NCBI GenBank assembly: GCA_965248835.1
Contig: CBDFLJ010000001.1
Span: 1,920,001-1,984,000, forward strand
Direction: 5' to 3'
DNA from: Alphaproteobacteria bacterium
Lineage (GTDB): Bacteria > Pseudomonadota > Alphaproteobacteria > MPNO01
Length of the DNA: 64,000 bases
Under the pieces are notes generated by a model. It was not told the origin of the DNA and did no database searches. It worked only from the letters and a program-made list of their open reading frames with translations. The translations under genes were made by a program, and so were the position numbers. Position 1 is the stretch's first letter. The number at the start of each line of letters is the position of its first letter. This document shows positions 27,304 to 35,434 of the stretch, in pieces.

Positions 27304-28506
27304 ATGAGCCTGAAGCTTGAGCCGCCGGCCTTGCCGGATACGCACTATCTCGACAACCGGATCTTCACCGACCCGACGATATTCGCGCAGGAACAGGCGG
27401 ACATTTTCGAGAAGGTCTGGCTGTTCGTCTGCCACGAGAGCGAGATCGCCAGTCCGGGGGATTTCCGCACCACTACGGTCGCCGGCAAGCCCGTCCTCAT
27501 CGTGCGCGGGGCGGATGGATCGGTCCGCGCCTTCTACAACGTCTGCCGGCACCGCGCGGCGCCGGTGGTGCGCGAAGACGCCGGCAACGCCACCGGGTTC
27601 CAGTGCTTCTACCACTTGTGGACCTACGGGCTCGACGGTGCCTGCACCGGCATCTCCAAGCCCGACGGCTATAAGGCGGTGAAGCTGGACCGCGCCAAGC
27701 TCGGGCTGATCCCGGTGCGCTGCGAGACGATCGCAGGGCTCGTCTTCGTCTGCCTGGGCGAGGACGCAGAGCCGCTCGCCGACTATATCGGCGAGATCAT
27801 CGAGCCGGTGCTGGAGCCGCTCTCGCGCAAGCCGCTGGAGGTTTTCCATTTTCACAAGGTGGAGCTGGCGGCGAACTGGAAGCTGTGGCAGGACAACAAC
27901 AGCGAGCGCTATCACAGCCTGCTGCATTTCATAAACCGCAAGACCCAGCCGTGGGTGACCGGAAAGTCGAGCCCGATGAAGCTCAACATCGGATCGAACG
28001 GGCACAGCGGCTACTGGTCCGATGGCCAGGCGAGGGTGCATTACGACGCCGGCGGTTACGCCGAGGCAACGACCGGCGTCCTGCCGGGCCTGCGCGAGAA
28101 CGAGATGCGGGTGATCAACCTGTTCCCCGACCTGATGATCAACATCCGCGCCAACGTCATCCGGGTGGACCGCATGGTGCCGCTGGCGCCGGGCCGCACC
28201 CTGGTCGAGTGGCGCGGCCTCGGCCTTGCGGATGTCCCCGAGCAGGTCGGCCGCGAACGGCTGCGCCATCACAACATGTTCTGGGGGCCGGCGGGGCGCA
28301 ATCTCGGCGAGGACGTCATTGCGGTGGAAGCCCAGTGGGCGTCCATGAACACCGACGTGGTCCGCTACAGCATCCTTGCCCGCGAGGAGGCGTTGAACCC
28401 GACCGACGATGCCAACCTGCGGGCCTATTACAAGGAATGGGGCCGCCGGATGGCGCGCAAGCCCAGCGCGGCCTTGGAGGACGAGACGCGGCGGACGCCG
28501 ACATGA
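27304..28506 (+). CDS. Rieske oxygenase alpha subunit, methanesulfonate monooxygenase MsmA-like
   Basis: LPDTHYLDNRIFTD, CRH-x17-CFYH, PLEVFHFHK...NWKLWQDNNSERYHSLLHFINR, FWGPAGRNLGED; resembles MsmA as I recall it. Confidence 0.82.
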   Translation: MSLKLEPPALPDTHYLDNRIFTDPTIFAQEQADIFEKVWLFVCHESEIASPGDFRTTTVAGKPVLIVRGADGSVRAFYNVCRHRAAPVVREDAGNATGFQCFYHLWTYGLDGACTGISKPDGYKAVKLDRAKLGLIPVRCETIAGLVFVCLGEDAEPLADYIGEIIEPVLEPLSRKPLEVFHFHKVELAANWKLWQDNNSERYHSLLHFINRKTQPWVTGKSSPMKLNIGSNGHSGYWSDGQARVHYDAGGYAEATTGVLPGLRENEMRVINLFPDLMINIRANVIRVDRMVPLAPGRTLVEWRGLGLADVPEQVGRERLRHHNMFWGPAGRNLGEDVIAVEAQWASMNTDVVRYSILAREEALNPTDDANLRAYYKEWGRRMARKPSAALEDETRRTPT

Positions 28507-28955
28507 CCGACAGGGACGCCGTGTTCGACCTCGTGCGGGCGACCGCGGCCAAGCTTGACGAAGAAGCGTTGGCCGACTGGCTGGCGCTGTTCGCGCCGCA
28601 GTCGGTATACGAAATCATCGCCTACGGGCCGGAGATCAAGGCGCAGATGTCGTGGTGGCACTCCAGCCGCGACGAGCTCGCGGCGATCCTGGAAGAAATC
28701 CCAGAGCACGTCCGCGACCCGGGAAAACGGCTGCATCTGGTGAGCCCGATATCGGCCGAGGTCGCCGGCGATCGCGCGGACGCGCTGTCGCACTTCGCGA
28801 TCATGCGGACCGGCCGGGACGGCAAGACCGCGGTCTATGCGGCGGGACGATACGAGGATCATCTGGTCAGGCCGAACCGCCGCTGGCTCTATGAGCGCCA
28901 CCGGGTGGTGCTGGATACGCGCATATTGGAGCCGTTCACGCACCTGCCGCTTTGA
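28503..28955 (+). CDS. Rieske oxygenase beta subunit, MsmB-like
   Basis: LDEEALADWLAL...YEIIAYGPEIKAQMSW...AGRYED...VVLDTRIL...THLPL; ATGA overlap with alpha. Confidence 0.8.
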   Translation: MTDRDAVFDLVRATAAKLDEEALADWLALFAPQSVYEIIAYGPEIKAQMSWWHSSRDELAAILEEIPEHVRDPGKRLHLVSPISAEVAGDRADALSHFAIMRTGRDGKTAVYAAGRYEDHLVRPNRRWLYERHRVVLDTRILEPFTHLPL

Positions 28956-29008
28956 GGTCCCGGCGCGCGGTCCATAGGCGTGACCGGTCGACGAACGTCC
29001 CTTTGGTC

Positions 29009-29412
29009 TCAGCCGATCATCTGATTGGGCAGGAACAGTGCGATCTGCGGCACCAGGACCAGGATGATCATGCACACCAGCATGGCCGCTCAGAACGGCA
29101 GGATGCCGATGAAGATCTCGCGCATCGGCACATCCTCGGCGATTCCCTGGGCCACCGGCCCCTTGCCGAGCGCGCCGCCGGGATAGATCCTCACCGTAAG
29201 CGAGCCCTTCGACAGTTTGGCGATCTCCTCCGACCAGGGCCGCATGATGAAGCGGTCCATCGGGCGCTTCGGCGACATGAAGTGGGCGAGCTTCAACTCG
29301 ACGGCGTCGGCGGGGATCGGGGCGGCGGCGAAGGCTGCCGTCATGCCGGCCAGCGCAATCGCGCCGATCGCCCGAAGCGGCCGCAGGGTCTGTTAATTCG
29401 CCCTCGTCGTTA
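29009..29412 (-). pseudogene. collapsed TRAP operon: dctP 5' end fused in frame to dctM 3' end
   Basis: Signal peptide + VELKLAHFMSPKRPM...YPGGALGKGPVAQ joined to GIAEDVPMREIFIGILPF*AAMLVCMIILVLVPQIALFLPNQMIG*. Confidence 0.75.
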
Positions 29413-29550
29413 GGTTCTCCCGATTTTTCTCTTGAGTGTGCCCCAACGGGGCCGCGGCCCGGCGAAAAGGTCTACGACTGGCCGACGCGTGGCGCGAAAC
29501 CCACCGGGGCGCAACCCGATTGTCTTTTCCGGCCGCCGGCGCTCGACCGT

Positions 29551-30348
29551 TCAGTAGACGCCGCCGGGCGGCTTGGCGGCGATGGCTGGGTCCTCGCGCA
29601 TGTCGGCGACAATCCTGGTGCCGGCCGAGACCATAAGCCGATTGTCGTTCATCACCGTAACCAGATCGAAGCCCTGGGCGATCATCCGCTTGGCGTAAGC
29701 CGGATCGTTGGTCTGGATACCGGTGCGCTTTGCGTGCCGCTTGGCCGCCGCGAGGATTGCCTCGATGGCCTCAACCACCTTGGGCTCGGTCTGGTCAAGC
29801 CCTGGGCGGCCGCCCAGCGACAGCGACAGGTCCGAGGGGCCGATATAGACCGCATCGATCTCGTCCACCGCCAGGATCGCATCGAGGTTCTCCAGCGCCT
29901 GGGTGGTCTCGATCATCGCAAACGACAGCACCGTGTCGTCGGCATAGTCCATGTAGTCCGGCCCGGCATAGAGGCTCGCCCGCACCGGACCCGAACTGCG
30001 GTAGCCGCGCGGCGGATAGCGGCAGGCGCCGGCGAAGCGCCGCGCCTCCTCGGCGGTGTTGACCAGCGGGCAGATGATGCCGTAGGCGCCGGCATCGAGC
30101 ATCTTCATCACGGAGGCCGGGTCGTTCCACGGCACCCGCGCCATCGGCGCCGAGGCGGTCGTCGAGATCGCCTGGAACATGCCGACCGCGGTCTGGTAGT
30201 CGATCACCCCATGCTGCATGTCGACGGTGATCGAATCCCAGCCCAGGCTCGCCATGATTTCCGCCGAAAAAGCGCTGGGTATCGCGCACCAGCCGTTCAG
30301 CACCGCCTTGTTTTCGCTCCACAGCGCGCGGATCGGGTTTGCTCGCAT
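29551..30348 (-). CDS. HpcH/HpaI aldolase family protein
   Basis: VDMQHG, ARVPWND, LDAGAYGIICP, RYPPRGYRSSG, MIET, YIGPSDL. Confidence 0.92.
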   Translation of the reverse strand: MRANPIRALWSENKAVLNGWCAIPSAFSAEIMASLGWDSITVDMQHGVIDYQTAVGMFQAISTTASAPMARVPWNDPASVMKMLDAGAYGIICPLVNTAEEARRFAGACRYPPRGYRSSGPVRASLYAGPDYMDYADDTVLSFAMIETTQALENLDAILAVDEIDAVYIGPSDLSLSLGGRPGLDQTEPKVVEAIEAILAAAKRHAKRTGIQTNDPAYAKRMIAQGFDLVTVMNDNRLMVSAGTRIVADMREDPAIAAKPPGGVY

Positions 30349-30361
30349 GTTGTTTTCCTCT

Positions 30362-31633
30362 CTAGGACGCCACGCGCGCGCCGATGTCGCGCCGACAGAA
30401 CCCGTCTTTCCAGTCGATGGCATCGACCGCCTCATAGGCGCGCACGCGCGCGGCGGCGAAATCGGCCGCCACCGCGGTGATCCCCAGCACCCGTCCGCCG
30501 GACGCCCGCACCGTCCCGTCCGGACCCGCCTCGGTGCCGGCATGGAAGACGTTCACGCCTTCGACGGCGGCGGCCCGGTCGAGCCCGCCGATCGCGCCGC
30601 CCTTGGCATAGGCGCCGGGATAGCCTTTCGATGCCATCACCACCGTGAGCGCCGCATCGTCCAGCCAGCGGAGGTCGAAGAAATCGAGCACCCCGTCGGC
30701 GGCGGCGACCAGCGCGGGCAAAATATCCGAGGCGAGCCGTGCCATCAGCACCTGGCATTCGGGATCGCCGAAGCGGACATTGTATTCCAGCAGGCTCGGC
30801 TCGCCGTCGGCGATCATCAGCCCGGCATAAAGCACGCCCTTGAACGGCGCGCCGGCCGCGGCCATCGCCGCGACCGTGGGCGTGATGATCCGGGTCATGA
30901 CCTTTTCCGCGACCGCCTCGGTGATCACCGGCGCCGGCGAATAGGCGCCCATGCCGCCGGTATTGGGTCCGGTATCCCCGTCCCCGACCCGCTTGTGGTC
31001 CTGGGCGGCGGCCAGCGGCAGGGCGGTCTTGCCGTCGACCAGGGCGAAGAAGCTCGCCTCCTCGCCGCGCAGGAAGTCCTCGATGAGAATCTCCGCCCCA
31101 GCCGCTCCGAACCGCCCTTCGGTGAGCATCGCGTCCACCGCATCCTCGGCCTCGGCGGCCGTCCCGGCGATCACCACGCCCTTTCCGGCGGCAAGCCCGT
31201 CGGCCTTGACCACGATCGGCGGACGCATGTCTTGCAGATAAGCCTTGGCCGGCGCCGCCTCGGTGAACCGCGCAAACGCTGCCGTCGGGATGTCGTGGAC
31301 CCTGCAGAGCTCCTTGGTGAAGGCCTTCGAGCCCTCCAGCGCCGCCGCCGCCGCACTCGGCCCGAAGGCCTTGATGCCGGCATCTTCCAGGCGGTCGACA
31401 AGACCCGCCACCAGAGGCGCCTCCGGCCCGACGACCACCAGATTGACGTCTTGCCCGACGGCGAGCCGGACCTGGCCGTCGATGTCCTCGGCCGCGACCG
31501 GAACGCAGGTTGCGACCTCGGCGATGCCGGCATTGCCCGGCGCGCAGAACAGCGCATCGACCAGCGGCGAGGCCGCGATCGCCCAGCACAGCGCATGCTC
31601 GCGCCCGCCGCCGCCCACGACCAACACCCGCAT
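30362..31633 (-). CDS. purD: phosphoribosylamine--glycine ligase
   Basis: MRVLVVGGGGREHAL, APGNAG, LEGSKAFTK, VVKADGLAAGKGV, QDHKRVGDGDTGPNTGGMGAYSP, EYNVRFGDPE. Confidence 0.98.
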   Translation of the reverse strand: MRVLVVGGGGREHALCWAIAASPLVDALFCAPGNAGIAEVATCVPVAAEDIDGQVRLAVGQDVNLVVVGPEAPLVAGLVDRLEDAGIKAFGPSAAAAALEGSKAFTKELCRVHDIPTAAFARFTEAAPAKAYLQDMRPPIVVKADGLAAGKGVVIAGTAAEAEDAVDAMLTEGRFGAAGAEILIEDFLRGEEASFFALVDGKTALPLAAAQDHKRVGDGDTGPNTGGMGAYSPAPVITEAVAEKVMTRIITPTVAAMAAAGAPFKGVLYAGLMIADGEPSLLEYNVRFGDPECQVLMARLASDILPALVAAADGVLDFFDLRWLDDAALTVVMASKGYPGAYAKGGAIGGLDRAAAVEGVNVFHAGTEAGPDGTVRASGGRVLGITAVAADFAAARVRAYEAVDAIDWKDGFCRRDIGARVAS

Positions 31634-31674
31634 CCGATCCCCCGCCGTTTCGCCAGTCCCGGGCCTAGCATACA

Positions 31675-33186
31675 ATGCGCGGCCTCAATGCGGACATCCC
31701 GGCCGTGGCCATAGCCGAACACAACATCCAGGAATATTCGGTCGCCGAGATCTCGCAGGCCGTCAAACTCACGCTGGAAGGGACTTTCGATCACGTCCGG
31801 GTGCGCGGCGAGGTCGGGCGGCCCAACTACCACGGCTCGGGCCACCTCTACTTCACCCTCAAGGACGAGTCCGCGGCGTTGGACGCGGTGTGCTGGCGCG
31901 GCACCGTCGGCGGGCTCGGACTGCGGCTCGAGGAGGGGATGGAGGTCGTCTGCACCGGGCGGGTCTCGTCGTATGCGCGCAGCTCGCGCTACCAGATCGT
32001 CGTCGAAGCGGTCGAGCTCGCCGGCGAGGGCGCGCTGCTCAAGCTGCTGGAGGACCGCCGCAGGAAGCTTGCCGCCGAAGGTCTGTTCGCCCCCGAGCGA
32101 AAGCGCGACCTGCCGTTCCTGCCCGATGTGATCGGCGTGATCACCTCGCCGACCGGCGCGGTGATCCGCGACATCCTGCACCGCCTGACCGACCGGTTCC
32201 CGCGCCCGGTGCTGCTGTGGCCGGTGCCGGTCCAGGGCGAAGGCGCGGCCGAGCGCGTGGCCGCGGCGATCGCGGGCTTCGGCAGGCTCCTGTCCGGCGG
32301 GCCGATCCCGCGGCCGGACGTGCTGATCGTCGCACGCGGCGGCGGCAGTCTGGAGGATCTGTGGGCGTTCAACGAGGAGATCGTGGTCCGGGCGGCGGCG
32401 GACTCCACGATCCCGCTGATCTCCGCCATCGGGCACGAGACGGACACCACGCTGATCGATCACGCGGCCGACCGCCGGGCGCCGACGCCCACCGCCGCTG
32501 CCGAGATGGCGGTGCCGGTGCGCGCGGAGATCGCGGCCCGGATCCTCGACCTCGAACGGCGGGCGGTCGGCGGCCTCGACCGGCTGATCCGCGAGCGCGC
32601 GCTCAGGATCGAAGGACTCGGCCGCGGCCTGCCGGGGCCGGTCCGGCTGCTGGAACAGGCCTTTCAGGATCTCGACGACCGCAGCGACCGGCTCGACCGC
32701 GCGGTGTGGGCGGTCCAGGACTCCCTGCGCCAGGGCCTGGCGCGCGCGGTCGCCGCCATCCGCCACCCGCGCGACCTGCTCGCCCGGGCGGGCGACCGCC
32801 TGTCGGGCATTTCCGCACGACTGGAAGCCTCGGCGGGCGCGGCGCTGCGTGCAGCCGAGACCGCGCATGGCGGGCTCGATGCGGGCCGAAGGCTGCCGCG
32901 CGCGGTGGGCGGCGTCTTGCGCACGCTCGACGGACGGCTTGCCGCGGGCGCCGCGCTCCTCGAAAGCCTGTCTTACGAGCGGGTGCTGGACCGCGGCTAT
33001 GCGGTGGTCCGCGATGCAGACGGCAACCCGATCGCGCGGGCAGCCGATACCGTGCCCGGTCAGGAAATCGCTATCCAGTTCGCCGACAATAGCGTGGCTG
33101 CCAGGCTCGCCGCCGGCGCCAGGGCCAGGCCGAAGCCGAAGCCGAAGCCGCCCGGCAACAAGGACCCGCAAGGAAGCCTGTTGTGA
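31675..33186 (+). CDS. xseA: exodeoxyribonuclease VII large subunit (alternative GTG start at 31705)
   Basis: SGHLYFTLKD, ITSPTGAVIRDI, ARGGGSLEDLWAFNEE, SAIGHETDTTL, APTPTAAAE, LDRGYAVV. Confidence 0.97.
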   Translation: MRGLNADIPAVAIAEHNIQEYSVAEISQAVKLTLEGTFDHVRVRGEVGRPNYHGSGHLYFTLKDESAALDAVCWRGTVGGLGLRLEEGMEVVCTGRVSSYARSSRYQIVVEAVELAGEGALLKLLEDRRRKLAAEGLFAPERKRDLPFLPDVIGVITSPTGAVIRDILHRLTDRFPRPVLLWPVPVQGEGAAERVAAAIAGFGRLLSGGPIPRPDVLIVARGGGSLEDLWAFNEEIVVRAAADSTIPLISAIGHETDTTLIDHAADRRAPTPTAAAEMAVPVRAEIAARILDLERRAVGGLDRLIRERALRIEGLGRGLPGPVRLLEQAFQDLDDRSDRLDRAVWAVQDSLRQGLARAVAAIRHPRDLLARAGDRLSGISARLEASAGAALRAAETAHGGLDAGRRLPRAVGGVLRTLDGRLAAGAALLESLSYERVLDRGYAVVRDADGNPIARAADTVPGQEIAIQFADNSVAARLAAGARARPKPKPKPPGNKDPQGSLL

Positions 33187-33989
33187 TCGGCGTGCTTTGC
33201 CTCCTCATCGCCGTCCTCGGGATCGCGCCGGCCGCAGCGCTCGAGCTCGACGGCAGGCTGATCCAGGGCGGGCTGGTCACCGGCCGGACGGAACCCGACG
33301 CCAAGGTGATGATCGGCAAGCAGAGTCTCAGGGTATCGCGCGATGGTGTGTTCGTCTTCGGTATCGGGCGCGACGCCGGGCCGGTCATGCGGCTGAGCGT
33401 CGCGCAGCCCGACGGGCGCGAGGAAATCCGCACGCTCAGGATCGAGGCACGGCGCTACGACATCCAGCGCATCGACGGGTTGCCCCGACGCAAGGTCAGT
33501 CCGAACGCGGAGGACATGAAGCGCATCCGGGCCGAAGCCGGGCGGATCCGCGCCGCGCGCTACCGCGACACCGCCGAGACATTGTTCGCCGCCGGCTTCA
33601 TCTGGCCGACAAGGGGCATCGTCTCGGGGGTCTACGGCAGCCAGCGCATCCTCAACGGCAAGCCGCGGCGGCCGCATCTGGGGATCGACATCGCGGCACC
33701 CGCCGGCACGCCGGTGCATGCCAGCGCGCCGGGGATCGTCTCGCTCGCCGAGCCCGACCTGTTCTTCAATGGCGGCACGATCATGATCGATCACGGCCAC
33801 GGCATCTCTTCGGTCTATTCGCATCTCGCCGCGGTCGAGGTCACGATCGGCCAGCGGGTCGCGCAGGGCGAACGCATCGGCGCGGTCGGCTCCACCGGAC
33901 GTTCCACCGGTCCCCATCTCGACTGGCGGATCCAGCATTTCGCGACCAGAGTCGATCCGACCCTGCTCGCCGGGCCGATGCCGCGATAG
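33183..33989 (+). CDS. M23 family metallopeptidase
   Basis: Signal peptide; HLGIDIAAPAGTPV, IDHGHG, YSHL, TGRSTGPHLDW. Confidence 0.93.
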   Translation: MIGVLCLLIAVLGIAPAAALELDGRLIQGGLVTGRTEPDAKVMIGKQSLRVSRDGVFVFGIGRDAGPVMRLSVAQPDGREEIRTLRIEARRYDIQRIDGLPRRKVSPNAEDMKRIRAEAGRIRAARYRDTAETLFAAGFIWPTRGIVSGVYGSQRILNGKPRRPHLGIDIAAPAGTPVHASAPGIVSLAEPDLFFNGGTIMIDHGHGISSVYSHLAAVEVTIGQRVAQGERIGAVGSTGRSTGPHLDWRIQHFATRVDPTLLAGPMPR

Positions 33990-34021
33990 AGCGCCGGGCT
34001 TCTTACCGCCCCGCTTCCGGC

Positions 34022-35365
34022 TCAGAGTCCGGCAACCGTCATCCCGTCGACCCGGATGGTCGGTGCGTCGATCCCGAAGCGGAAGCGCAGGTCATCGGCG
34101 GGCGCGAGATTGGCGAACATGTGCGTGAGGTTGCCCGCCACCGTAAGCTCGCTTACCGGAAAGGCGATCGCGCCATTCTCGATCCAGTAGCCGGTCGCGC
34201 CGCGGCTGTAATCGCCGGTCACCCCGTTGACTCCCATGCCGATCAGCTCGGTGATGTAGAGCCCGTTGTCGATCTCGCCGATCATCGCCTCGAGGCTCTT
34301 CGATCCGGGCTCCATGTAGAGGTTGGTCACCGAAGGCGAGGGTGGCGAGGAGGTGCCGCGCGCGGCGTGCCCGGTGGTCTCCAACCCGAGCTGGCGGGAC
34401 GACGACAAATCGAGGATCCAGGTCTTCAGCACCCCGTCTTCGACGACTGCGTGCCGAGCGTTGGCGATGCCCTCGCCGTCGAAGGGCTTGGAGCGCAGGC
34501 CGCGCTTCCGGTGCGGGTCGTCGACGATCCGGATGCCTTGGGGGAAGATCCGCTCGCCCATCCGGTCCTTGAGGAACGAGGTGCCGCGGGCGACCGCCAC
34601 GCCGTTGATCGCAGCGGCCAGGTGACGGACCAGCCCGCCGGAGACCCGCGGATCGTAGACCACCGGGACCTGGGCGGTCTCCATCTTGCGCGCGCCCAGC
34701 CGCTTGACCGCGCGCTCGCCGGCGTTGCGGCCGATTTCGGCCGGTGTCCTGAGGTCGCTGCCGTAGACCGCGGTGTCGAAGTCGTAGTCGCGCTCCATCG
34801 CGGTACCCTCGCCGGCAAGCACCGCAGCCGCGATGCTCTGCGAGGAGACGGCGTAGGAACGGGCGAACCCGTTCGACGCCGCGACCGCGATGGTGGACCG
34901 GCTCCAGGCCGCCTCCGCCCCTTCGGAGTTGGACACGCCCGGGACCGCGCGCGCGGCATCCTCGGCTTCCTGCGCACGGGAGACCAGGGTTTCGGCGCTG
35001 GGCTCATCGTCGTCGCAGATGTCGAGGTCCGGCGTCTGCCGGACCAGGGCTTCGGCGTCGGCGATGCCGCAATAGGGGTCCTCGGGCGCCGCGCGGGCCA
35101 TGGCGAGCGCACGCTCGACCACCTCGTCCAGCGCCGGCTTTGCCAGGTCGGTCGTCGAGGCCATCGCCTGGCGCTTGCCGACCAGGACCCGCAGGCCGAG
35201 GTCGCGGCTTTCGGAGCGTTCCAGCTTCTCGGACTTCCCCAGCCGCTGGGCGACCGAGACCGCCGCCGCCTCGAAGAACACCGCATCGGCGGCATCGGCG
35301 CCGCCGCGCTCGGCCGCATCCAGCAGGTCGGACAGGAAGCAGAGCGGATCGGAGACGGTGGACAT
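34022..35365 (-). CDS. pmbA: TldD/PmbA family protein (PmbA/TldE)
   Basis: GADAADA, MERDY, DDPH...GLRSKPFDGEG, TTGHA, GVNGVTGDYSRGA, ELTVAGNL. Confidence 0.92.
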   Translation of the reverse strand: MSTVSDPLCFLSDLLDAAERGGADAADAVFFEAAAVSVAQRLGKSEKLERSESRDLGLRVLVGKRQAMASTTDLAKPALDEVVERALAMARAAPEDPYCGIADAEALVRQTPDLDICDDDEPSAETLVSRAQEAEDAARAVPGVSNSEGAEAAWSRSTIAVAASNGFARSYAVSSQSIAAAVLAGEGTAMERDYDFDTAVYGSDLRTPAEIGRNAGERAVKRLGARKMETAQVPVVYDPRVSGGLVRHLAAAINGVAVARGTSFLKDRMGERIFPQGIRIVDDPHRKRGLRSKPFDGEGIANARHAVVEDGVLKTWILDLSSSRQLGLETTGHAARGTSSPPSPSVTNLYMEPGSKSLEAMIGEIDNGLYITELIGMGVNGVTGDYSRGATGYWIENGAIAFPVSELTVAGNLTHMFANLAPADDLRFRFGIDAPTIRVDGMTVAGL

Positions 35366-35434
35366 GGCGGGCTCCGTCAGGGGAAGGCGCTGCGCTTTAT
35401 AGGCGATCGGCCGGGCGGTTGCGAGGCGGCAGGC

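Noticed and set aside
33126-33152. AAGCCG tandem repeat (PKPKPKP) at the end of xseA
   Set aside because: Low-complexity C-terminal tail, in frame; no evidence of phase variation.
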